From an uncultured Spirochaetota bacterium (lineage in GTDB: Bacteria > Spirochaetota > Brevinematia > Brevinematales > JAOACQ01), in NCBI GenBank assembly GCA_963783575.1, contig CAWAOD010000005.1, forward strand, positions 448,001 to 512,000: 64,000 nt of DNA, written 5' to 3'. A program made the position numbers and the translations under genes. The first letter of the stretch is position 1. Each line of letters opens with the position of its first letter. A model generated the notes under the pieces. It ran no database searches and had not been told where the DNA came from. It was given only the letters and a program-made list of their open reading frames with translations. Below are positions 31,108-39,830 of this stretch, piece by piece.

Positions 31108-31351
31108 AACAGCGGCTATATCGCTCCGGTGCACGAAAAAACTTTTAAAGGCGTAACGGAGAAGAAGAGAAAAGTTTTTCCTGCGCTCCTCGGGTTCGCC
31201 CGTTTTTGCTCTAAGTTAAAAGAGGAAGGAGTTCAAATTGACTATGATAATTAATAAAATAGAAGTTATTGTTTACGGGCTCACCACATTTGCAAGCCTA
31301 AGCGCGCGGGGCTTGCGCTAAGGCTTGCAAACGTCGTATAGCCGCACCGTT
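31108..31351 (+). repeat. attC-like site 12 (type A)
   Basis: Near-copy of site 2, follows IS copy 2. Confidence 0.87.
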
Positions 31352-31396
31352 GTACGAAATGGTGCAACGCTTTTTAATATAATTTAAGGAGTATTT

Positions 31397-31939
31397 GTGA
31401 ACAATGATCCAATGAAATCAGCTAGAGAAGATTATAAACCTACTCCATTTTACTTTTCTGAAGAAAATAATAATTTTAAAAGATATGTTGTTTATAACAA
31501 TTCATTTGAAATCATTAAACAACTATTAAAAGAAATAATAAGTTCCTATGATAATATAATAGAAATATTATTAAAAGATTCTCAAGGTTATGATGATAAA
31601 AAGGAAGAAGATATTTGGGACAGATATTATTCAGAAACCACAAAAGAAAACATTTTAAAATTACTTGAAATTCATTCAAAATATATTTTCTTTGATGGAA
31701 ATAATCAATTATGCATAAAAGATTCATCAACTGGTGATTATATTTCTTTTGATGATCATGGAATTTTATTTATTTATACTGATAAGTTTATTGATGACTT
31801 ATTATTAAAAAATGGAATAGAAAAAAAGAAAAATGAATTAATTTATGATCAAGGTCATTGGCATATAAGACCAAAAGATGCTGATGTATTAATGAATAAT
31901 TTTATTAAGGACTTACAATTAAAAAAGCTTGAAGATTAA
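31397..31939 (+). CDS. Cassette 13: hypothetical protein (paralog of cassette 3)
   Basis: AAGGAG RBS then GTG; similar to 11759-12310. Confidence 0.8.
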   Translation: MNNDPMKSAREDYKPTPFYFSEENNNFKRYVVYNNSFEIIKQLLKEIISSYDNIIEILLKDSQGYDDKKEEDIWDRYYSETTKENILKLLEIHSKYIFFDGNNQLCIKDSSTGDYISFDDHGILFIYTDKFIDDLLLKNGIEKKKNELIYDQGHWHIRPKDADVLMNNFIKDLQLKKLED

Positions 31940-31963
31940 ACATGTTGCGCCACTTCGCACAAC

Positions 31964-33338
31964 GGCCTTGTAGAAAAAGTTAATTTCAGGTAATAATCCT
32001 CCATTCCCAAACAGTTTGTTTTTTTTGATCTGTCTGGAATCACTTTTTTATATAAAACCGGGCTGAATTTACCGGCAAAACTGCTTTTATTCCATCACTA
32101 TGCCATTATATACCTCCATAGACCTGAATTTTCCCGATATTGTGCACAGTATTATATAATACCCATTGAATATTCACTTTTCCCTTTCCCCTCAGCGTAA
32201 ATCGATCCATACCTTTACATGCCCTTATATTCCCGAATACAGGCTCAACTATAGCCATTCTTTTCGCATAAAGCTTTCTGCCTTCAGGTGTATCTATGAA
32301 CTTTCTCATTTCGTCCGAGTAATGTCTGTTATCCGCATTCAATGGCCTTTGCAACATCGTGTTGCTGTCGAACTAACGTTCGACGGCCTTTTTGGCTATA
32401 TAGTAGCTCTTATGGAACCTCCGTGTTCCCAAGGTTGTTTGATTTTATTTTAATTCTTCAGGAAGTCTTTCTGGAATGGACAATTACGGCAGGCCGATAA
32501 CCGGCAGATATACTTCGCGTATGTAATGTGATTCACCGTATGGTTATATCTGAACCTGAGTTCCTCTCCTTTCTTGCATATATAAACATTATTTTCCGGA
32601 TCATATTGAAAATCATCAATTGTATACTGCCCTTTCTTCGCAGGCTTATGTCTGTCAGCGGTTTCAAACCTGCAATCGCGCTTCCTGAAATTCGTATCCG
32701 GGATGACCGGTTTCATACCGTTTTGCGAAATATATTTCAGGTTCTTTTCGCTGAAATAATTGGTGTCCGCAGTGATTATTTTATCCTTTAAATCTTTTCC
32801 CAATTCTACTTTTGCTTTACGGATCATCCCTTTCAGGAATTCCCCCTCAGACCCGCTCCCAAAAGCTTCGGGATATACCACAACCTGATACTTCGAATCC
32901 ACTACAGAAAGTCCGTTGTAGCCCTGGATAACACCATGTGAACTCTTTATTTTCGCACTCTCGTTGTCAGTGACATTGGACTGCTTTTCACCATGCCGTG
33001 CCTTGTCTTTGGGTTTTTCACTTTCCAGAAACTTTTCTATCTTTTCAGCTTTCTTTAAAATCTTCTCGATCCGTGCCAGATCTTTTTCCTTATCCTTCTC
33101 AGGAAAACCGCCGGCCTGATCACGCTTTTCATGTTCATCAAGCATTTCCTTAACCAGGTTTTCCAGCTTCTCTTTTTTCTTCTTCAAATCCTTAAATGTT
33201 CCGCTCCATTCCTTTGATGCATTTGACGATAGTTTGCACCCGTCCAGCGCGAACATATCCCCGCCTATGAGATTCAGTTCATCGCAAACCATCAGTATAT
33301 TAAGGAATATGGTATTTATCTCATTTTTCATCGAAGAA
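31964..33338 (-). mobile_element. IS1182-family element, copy 3 (transposase 5' end deleted)
   Basis: Begins after CACAAC; ORFs 32450-33331 and 32106-32357; fused directly to the right part of an attC-like site. Confidence 0.87.
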
Positions 33339-33401
33339 CCCGCAAACCTAAGCGCGCGGGGCTGGCGCTAAGGTTTGCGGGCTTCGTATAGTCGAGCCGT
33401 T
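33339..33401 (+). repeat. Right remnant of attC-like site 13
   Basis: CCCGCAAACCTAAGCGCGCGGGGCTGGCGCTAAGGTTTGCGGGCTTCGTATAGTCGAGCCGTT matches the end of site 1. Confidence 0.83.
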
Positions 33402-33453
33402 GTACGCCATTCAATGTGAACTATATCCCTATTCCTAAGTTTTTAAATTTTAA

Positions 33454-33482
33454 TTGACAAATTTATAAATATGTATTACTAT
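33454..33482 (+). promoter_or_regulatory. Sigma70-type promoter of second TA cassette
   Basis: TTGACA-17 nt-TACTAT. Confidence 0.6.
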
Positions 33483-33490
33483 GTTTACAT

Positions 33491-33760
33491 ATGGTATATT
33501 ATGAAGAAGATGTGGAAAAAAATTTGTCTAAAGGTAAAATTCCACAAGATGTTTTTGTCCACATGAATAATGCTTTTATTTCTATTGATTCGACTAAAGA
33601 TTTAACTTTATTCGATATTAAAAAGCTGATATCTAAAAAAAAAACAGCTTATTACAGGTTAAGAAAAGGAAAATATAGGGCTATTTTTTATTTAGAAGAT
33701 GATAGTGTGTATGTTATTAAAATTTCAAAAAGGGAGGATGTGTACAAAAAATGGGAGTAA
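33491..33760 (+). CDS. Cassette 14: RelE-family toxin
   Basis: DIKKL...YYRLRKGKYRAIF...ISKREDVYK. Confidence 0.85.
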   Translation: MVYYEEDVEKNLSKGKIPQDVFVHMNNAFISIDSTKDLTLFDIKKLISKKKTAYYRLRKGKYRAIFYLEDDSVYVIKISKREDVYKKWE

Positions 33761-34002
33761 TCTCAGTTCGTTTCAATCCAAAAGAAGAAAAAGTTCTTAA
33801 TTATTTGTCTAAATATTATGATAAAGAAAAATCATCGCTGATAAAACAAGCATTGATAGATATGTATGAAGATATAGTTGATCGTGAGGAAATAGATAAA
33901 TTTTTGATTAGAAAGGAAAAAGGGAAGATTAGTTTTAAATCAGCTGATGAAATACTGGATGCACAGGGCACGGCGCACAACGGCCTTATAGAAAAAGTCT
34001 AA
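33751..34002 (+). CDS. Cassette 14: RHH (RelB/DUF6290-like) antitoxin
   Basis: VISVRFNPKEE...SSLIKQAL...YEDIVD; reads through the cassette end into the IS remnant. Confidence 0.75.
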   Translation: MGVISVRFNPKEEKVLNYLSKYYDKEKSSLIKQALIDMYEDIVDREEIDKFLIRKEKGKISFKSADEILDAQGTAHNGLIEKV

Positions 34003-34140
34003 TTTAAGTTACAGTTTTCCTATCCATCCGGTTCCAAAAATATTATTTTGCCGAATAGCATTAATTTTCTATATGTTGAAAAATATTGATTATAATGCCC
34101 CCCGCAGTATTAACGCCATTTCTGATTGAGCCTTTGTGCA
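33982..34140 (-). mobile_element. Remnant end of a related IS1182-like element at cassette-14 AAC
   Basis: CACAAC followed by GGCCTTATAGAAAAAGT; inner boundary uncertain. Confidence 0.6.
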
Positions 34141-34671
34141 TTAAAAAGTGAACTCGGTATAATTTTAGTCGTTATTCATCATTAACATGGTAAGAACAAG
34201 CATAAGGGTTTTGCCATGGAGGGCAAAAACCGAGGAATCAGTCAAAGGACGGACTGATGACGAGGCGATTTTTTAAAAGAGTGGTTTGAAAAATACACCG
34301 AATAACATCTCAATACTTAAAGACCACTTTGCATGAAATGACGCTCATGCGAAGGGGCTACTCTTTCTTGGCACACCTTCTATCTGTTCGCCACAGAAAG
34401 AAGGTGTGAAAGCCACATTGCCGAGGCTCTGCGGCAACTAATATTTGAAAAGAACCTTATGGGCCAAATTGATTTGAAAACTTTTATGTTTAGTTCTATA
34501 ATGAAACAAAAAGTGTTTCGTTAGGAATAAAAGTGTTACCCATGTCTTGAGGTTGGACCCCAGACAAAAATTAGTTATAGGCGCGCGCGAAAGGAGATAA
34601 TTCGTAGTATCTGGAATAGCAACCAATCGCAATAAGACTTCTGATAACAATAATTGGGATAAGATTGCTTA

Positions 34672-35268
34672 TTACACTGTAAAAACAGGAAGCAGTATTT
34701 CATCGACAAATAACGCAATCCGGTTCGAATCAACATTTTTATACATAAGATTTTCCATACGAATAAGGTTAAACGGTAAGGTCAGTGTTATGTCGCTGAC
34801 CTCTTTTATCTTTTCGCCTCTTGACTTTGCATTTTCCAGTAATTTTCGCATAACCAGGATATTTTTTGCTGCTGCGTCTACCTCAGCTTCGGGGACTTTG
34901 TTATTACCTTGCCCTATTTCAAATAAAACTGCACTCAAAATTTCCGGACCAATTTCTGCGTAGATACTCTGGTAGAGTGTAAGCAAATTTAACAGATCCC
35001 CACGTAAAGCTCCGCTATTTTCTATTCTGTCGATTAATTGACCACCAAGCGCTTTAGATGATCTGTCATCAACTATTTCCATAAGTAAGTCAAACATGTT
35101 TACCCACCGTCGATACAACACACTGCGGCTGGTTTTTGCTGTCTTCGCAATCTGCAGAAAAGTGAGATTGGCGTAACCGACTTTTTTTATGAGCTTTACA
35201 GCCGCGTCATAAATACTTTCGACTAAAGTATCTCCCCGCTTTCGTGTATTCACACTTGTCTCATTCAT
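34672..35268 (-). CDS. TetR-family regulator
   Basis: GYANLTFLQIAKTAKTSRSVLYRRW HTH. Confidence 0.88.
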   Translation of the reverse strand: MNETSVNTRKRGDTLVESIYDAAVKLIKKVGYANLTFLQIAKTAKTSRSVLYRRWVNMFDLLMEIVDDRSSKALGGQLIDRIENSGALRGDLLNLLTLYQSIYAEIGPEILSAVLFEIGQGNNKVPEAEVDAAAKNILVMRKLLENAKSRGEKIKEVSDITLTLPFNLIRMENLMYKNVDSNRIALFVDEILLPVFTV

Positions 35269-35328
35269 GGATATACATCTCCTCAGTCTGTATTTCTGTA
35301 ATAGTATACAATATTTTTAAAAAAAATA

Positions 35329-35396
35329 TAAGATACATCTTGTATTTTATATTTGGATAGTGTATACTATTAATATAAGATACATATAGTATCTTA
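35329..35396. promoter_or_regulatory. Two TetR-like operators TAAGATAC-N5-GTAT(C/T)TTA
   Basis: Palindromes at 35329-35349 and 35376-35396 between divergent genes. Confidence 0.65.
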
Positions 35397-35442
35397 TCGA
35401 AGAATTGTCGAAATTAACCAGGCAAAAATTAAAGGAGGGAAT

Positions 35443-36175
35443 TATGACACAGAGCATACAGAAATCCAAACCGGATTATGGTTTTGATGGTTCGCCATTC
35501 GGAGTCACCATTATTTGTTTAGCGGGAGTAGTTTGTTTTGGCGGGGGAGCTGCTTTAATCACTTTTCCCAGTCTCATCCTGAAGATTGTGGCCGTTGTTC
35601 TTATGATTTGCGGTTTGTTAATAATTCTTGTTTGTGGTTCATATCTTTATTACGTCAAGCTCGGCAAATTCCACCGCAGGGACAAGATGCTTTCCATGAT
35701 TGATTGGAAAGGAAATGAAAAAGTCCTTGATATCGGCACTGGACGGGGACTTTTAATGATTGGAGCTGCCAAAAAATTGACTCAGGGAAAGAGCATCGGC
35801 ATTGATATTTGGAATGCGGGAGATATGCACAGCAATACTTATCAAAATACCATGAGAAATGCCGAGCTTGAGGGGGTACTTGAAAAAGTTGAAGTAAGAA
35901 ATGAGGATGTGCGAGGTATGTCCTTTCCCAATGATTCCTTTGATGTTGTTCTTTCCAACCTTTGTATCCACAACATCCCTGCCAAAGATGGACGAGAGAA
36001 AGCCTGCCGGGAAATAGCGAGAGTCTTGAAATCAAATGGAACAGCGATCATTGCCGATAAATCTCACCTAAAAGAATACGGTGAAATTTTCGCAATGGAA
36101 GGGTTAACAGTGGAGGTTTTTCGTACTTCTTTTGACGGTTCGCTCCGCGGGATTGTAAAGGCGGTCAAAAAGTGA
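35443..36175 (+). CDS. Class I SAM-dependent methyltransferase with N-terminal TM helices
   Basis: VLDIGTGRG and FDVVLSNLCIHNI; GGAGGG RBS before ATG at ~35444. Confidence 0.87.
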
Positions 36176-36303
36176 AGCTTATATTTGATACAAAACTCTT
36201 CAAAACTATTGGGGATTGGTGATTTTTGCAATAGGAGAATATTAAAGAAATGCGCAAGTAAGAAATTGATATATAGTAGTTTGCCTTGCTTACTTCACAC
36301 AAC

Positions 36304-36385
36304 GGCTTTGTAGAATAAGTTAATTTCAGGTAATAATACTCCCTTTCCAAAGAGTATGTTTTTTATCGATCTGTCCGGAATTTTA
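36304..36385 (-). mobile_element. Degenerate IS1182 end following CACAAC
   Basis: GGCTTTGTAGAATAAGTTAATTTCAGGTAATAAT resembles the copy 1-3 end. Confidence 0.65.
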
Positions 36386-36475
36386 GAGAGGGTGATGGAT
36401 AAAATAGCAAGGCATGGATACTGAGGCACTTATCGATTTCTATTATAAATTCAATCTTTTTTCTAAGCCTTTCAA

Positions 36476-37051
36476 TCATATTGGCCCCTTAAATAATTCT
36501 GTTTGATAATTATAAAATGCTATCGCAGCAGGATGGAGATATTCCTTTTTATTAATAACAAAAAATATTTTTTGTTTGGCAATTTCCAGAATACCTTTCT
36601 CAAAATCATCTAAGACTAGGTTTAAATATGGCTTATAATCATAACCGCGGTTTGGGTCCAGGAAATCTGCTGCAAAAATGATCTTTGAAAACATTGTCAT
36701 ACCTGTTTTTCCTGTTGCATGATTTGATATAGCATTCAGGATTTCCCTGTCTTTAATCCCAAATTTTTTATTTGCGATTGCGCTGCCGATTTTTGCATGA
36801 ATTATACCCCTTGCTTTAATGTCGTCTTTAGAAAAAGAAATATGGTAATGCCTACCAATCCGCAATTGATCTTCTACACTCAATGATTTTCCTATATCAT
36901 GAAGAAGGGCAGCAGCCCTTAGCCTGTTTGTGTCGACTAAGTATTTTTCTCCGATCAGATTGCATATTTCCTCAACCCCCAATGTATGGAGGAATCTTTC
37001 ATCGCTAAGCATAATCTGAATTTCATGCCGTATTTTGTCTAATTCAATCAT
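36476..37051 (-). CDS. yqeK: YqeK-like HD hydrolase (Ap4A hydrolase)
   Basis: RFLHTLGV, ALLHDIGK, HAKIGS, HATG, IIFAADFLDPNR. Confidence 0.8.
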   Translation of the reverse strand: MIELDKIRHEIQIMLSDERFLHTLGVEEICNLIGEKYLVDTNRLRAAALLHDIGKSLSVEDQLRIGRHYHISFSKDDIKARGIIHAKIGSAIANKKFGIKDREILNAISNHATGKTGMTMFSKIIFAADFLDPNRGYDYKPYLNLVLDDFEKGILEIAKQKIFFVINKKEYLHPAAIAFYNYQTELFKGPI

Positions 37052-37186
37052 AAAATATTCCTGAATTAAATTAATTTTACATTTTAATCAGCTGGTATAA
37101 TTTAGGTTTGCGGTTAAATCCCGATCATATTCAATACTTTAAAACAGATTATCGTAAAAATCAAGTCCGTGGATTAAGAATGGCAA

Positions 37187-37375
37187 TCACTTTTTCGTAC
37201 TTCTAGTTAATTTTCTCTGCTTCTTGAATTGACCCCAAGCCAGGTCTTTTTTAATTAATTCCTTAATATAATTTGTTATACTAATTTCTTTTTCAATACA
37301 ATGTTGTTGTATAATATTGTATAGTTGTATTTCTTTAGGACTAAACAATACTTGTATCAACTTTTCTTCTTGCAT
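37187..37375 (-). CDS. Small hypothetical, possibly RHH DNA-binding protein
   Basis: GGAG RBS; ISITNYIKELIKKDL. Confidence 0.5.
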   Translation of the reverse strand: MQEEKLIQVLFSPKEIQLYNIIQQHCIEKEISITNYIKELIKKDLAWGQFKKQRKLTRSTKK

Positions 37376-37667
37376 ATAATTCTCCTTTTTTATGAAATGG
37401 AAAAATATACAGAACAGCAGCTAAATATCTTAGGTATAAAATAATTGTATAAGTCCATCATTTCATTAGCAAGCCTAATGCTGCCTGAAGTTTTTCCTTA
37501 CAATTATTATTTTTGTAAAAGGCGGACATTATCAGCAATAATATTATCATTAAATACTGATGGCTTAACATGTTCAACATTTGCATATCCTTCAAATATG
37601 TATTTTCGTTTTGAATGAATGACAATTTACTTTATTGAACTTAACAAATATTATATAATTTTAAAGT

Positions 37668-38918
37668 TCATATCAACGGTTTTGGGGATTTATTTTTTTC
37701 TTTTTCATAAAAATAAAGGCCATACATCAAGATGGCGCTGAATATTCCCAGAAAAAACATAACCGCCCATACCGACCGGATGCTGTGATATCGTATATAA
37801 ATTCCCATAATCAAAGGACTTAATGAATAACCTGTTCCTGTAATGAATGATATTATACCGTTAAAGCGTCCCCTATGACTCACAGGGGTATGGCTGTTTA
37901 TAAAAACATTTGTGTTTGTTACCCCTAGAATTTCACCAAATGTCCAGATTACAGCGCATGCTATGAATACAGGTAATGATCGTGCAAAGTAAAGAAGTCC
38001 AAGGCCCGTTGCATAAAAAACTCCTGACGCTGTTATATTAAGTATAGGTTTTATTCTATGAGTCAACGCTGTAATAAAGATTGTTGCCGCAACTATGACT
38101 AATCCGTTTGTTGACATTACCATACCATAAAATCCGGGTCCTTTTTTCCCGAACAGTTCATTAAGATAAAGAGGAAGGCTGAACAACTGCTGAGTGAATA
38201 TAAAATAATAAATAACAGTAACAAGAGAAAACCAGACCAATTCCGGCCTTTTTATAAGCAGAATAAATGAGTTCCCGCTTTGAGACTTTTCAAGTCCGGA
38301 TAACGATTTGCCTGGCATTGGTAAATTCCCCTTTGCCGGAAGGGTTTCAGGAACATAAAAAATTATCAAAGCAACTGAAAGCAGATTTGCAATAATATTA
38401 CCTATAAAGAGCCACGCAATGTGATTATTGAAAAGGTAACCGGCTATCATCGTACCTATGGCAAAACCCAGGTTATTCCCCAGGTATGTAAGGGAAAAAG
38501 CGGCCTTTCTATTTGACGGGCCTGTTAAATCGGCAACAATGGCATTCTGCAGGGGCCAGCTTCCGATTATGAAAAAATTTGCAAGGGCTATAAGCCAAGG
38601 TATTATTTGGTTATTTTTATATAAGAGGCATACTGAAAATATAAAGGCGCAAGCTAAGTTCATCAATATAAAGATCTTTTTCCTGCCGAAATGGTCTGCG
38701 AGCTTTCCTTCCAGAATCATTCCGGAACCTCCGGCAAGCGAGGAAAGCGTTACGATAAATCCGGCAAATTGTGTTGTAAAATGAGCTTTTTCAGTAAGGT
38801 AAAGCGTTAAAAACGGCAGGACAAAATTTCCCGTGCTGTTGATAACCCTGGCAATTGATAGAGCATAAACACTTCCGGGAAGATTCCTATAAATTGAAAA
38901 TCGTTCGGATATTTTCAT
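37668..38918 (-). CDS. MFS transporter
   Basis: GKLADHFGRK motif A; about 12 TM segments. Confidence 0.9.
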   Translation of the reverse strand: MKISERFSIYRNLPGSVYALSIARVINSTGNFVLPFLTLYLTEKAHFTTQFAGFIVTLSSLAGGSGMILEGKLADHFGRKKIFILMNLACAFIFSVCLLYKNNQIIPWLIALANFFIIGSWPLQNAIVADLTGPSNRKAAFSLTYLGNNLGFAIGTMIAGYLFNNHIAWLFIGNIIANLLSVALIIFYVPETLPAKGNLPMPGKSLSGLEKSQSGNSFILLIKRPELVWFSLVTVIYYFIFTQQLFSLPLYLNELFGKKGPGFYGMVMSTNGLVIVAATIFITALTHRIKPILNITASGVFYATGLGLLYFARSLPVFIACAVIWTFGEILGVTNTNVFINSHTPVSHRGRFNGIISFITGTGYSLSPLIMGIYIRYHSIRSVWAVMFFLGIFSAILMYGLYFYEKEKNKSPKPLI

Positions 38919-39182
38919 AAAATAACCTTTTTGTTTCACTATTTACAAAAATATAATGAATTATAGATTATTTTAATGATACTAGCGTAATATGTAAACA
39001 TTAGATGAATTCATCATGAGAAATAATTTGATAATTTTATAAGATTAAATATTTTCTATATTGTATATTCAATAAAATGTTGACAAAGGTTTTTGTCATA
39101 CTTATATTAACATACTGTAATATAAGTTTTATAAATTTATTACCTAATCCGGTATGAACACTTTATAAAGCAGGGGATTCTG

Positions 39183-39718
39183 ATGGAAAAGCAAATTGTT
39201 CAGTCTAACAAGCGTCATAGGATTTATATCGATTCAAGGCTGAGAAGAGCTTTCATTTTATGGAACCTTTCTTATATAGTAATAACAGCAGTTTTGATCC
39301 TTATACTAATTTTTATCTGGTATAAAATCCAGTTCAAACAGAGTTTTGTTTTTCAATGCCCACAAATGAAGAAATTAGCTCCTGGGCGCAGAATAACAAC
39401 ATTAAGCCGACAGATGCGGCTTACTGGCAGGAATTCATTGTCAGAAGCAAACCTATTATATTACTGTCGCTTGTCTGGAAGCCGGTTCTTGGTGTTTCAA
39501 TCATTTCCTCATTAATTATGATTGTTTGTTTTTTTGTTTTATTCCGAAAAAATGCAGGAGTGATTTCAGGTCCTATATACAGGATCACGAAAACCCTTCA
39601 GGATATTGTGGATGGAAAGCCGGTAATTCCGATTAAAATCCGAAAAAAGGATTATTTTTCAGACCTGGCAAGCTTACTTAATGAAGTGCTGAGTAAAAAT
39701 TCTAATAAGAACGGCTAA
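39183..39718 (+). CDS. Membrane protein with HAMP-like C-terminus (1-nt frameshift in T-run ~39349-39353)
   Basis: ORFs 39183-39515 and 39356-39718 join; ISGPIYRI...IRKKDYFSDLA. Confidence 0.6.
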
Positions 39719-39787
39719 ACTTGAACCAATGCTTTTAATTTCATTTCCAATTAAAATTAGAGTATTCTCAGGGCCTGAATATAACAA

Positions 39788-39815
39788 AAGGGGCTGCTTT
39801 TTCTGGCAGCCCCTT
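39788..39815. terminator. Bidirectional hairpin terminator
   Basis: AAGGGGCTGC-loop-GCAGCCCCTT between convergent genes. Confidence 0.65.
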
Positions 39816-39830
39816 AAATCTTAAATAATA

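Larger units (their letters stand above)
10246..33981 (+). mobile_element. Integron-like gene-cassette array (at least 14 cassettes)
   Basis: Co-oriented, mostly single-gene AT-rich units, each starting GTT and ending AAC, separated by GC-rich palindromic repeats. Confidence 0.92.

Noticed and set aside
26619..32791. Repeated + strand ORFs (MNIHFSLSP..., MIHRMVISE...)
   Set aside because: Antisense shadows of the IS1182 copies
10730..33401. Repeat array read as CRISPR
   Set aside because: Repeats are 150-245 bp and are separated by whole genes; no cas genes in the window
34249..34300. CTGATGA read as a hammerhead ribozyme core
   Set aside because: The motif is paired within a hairpin, and no stem II/GAAA arrangement was found
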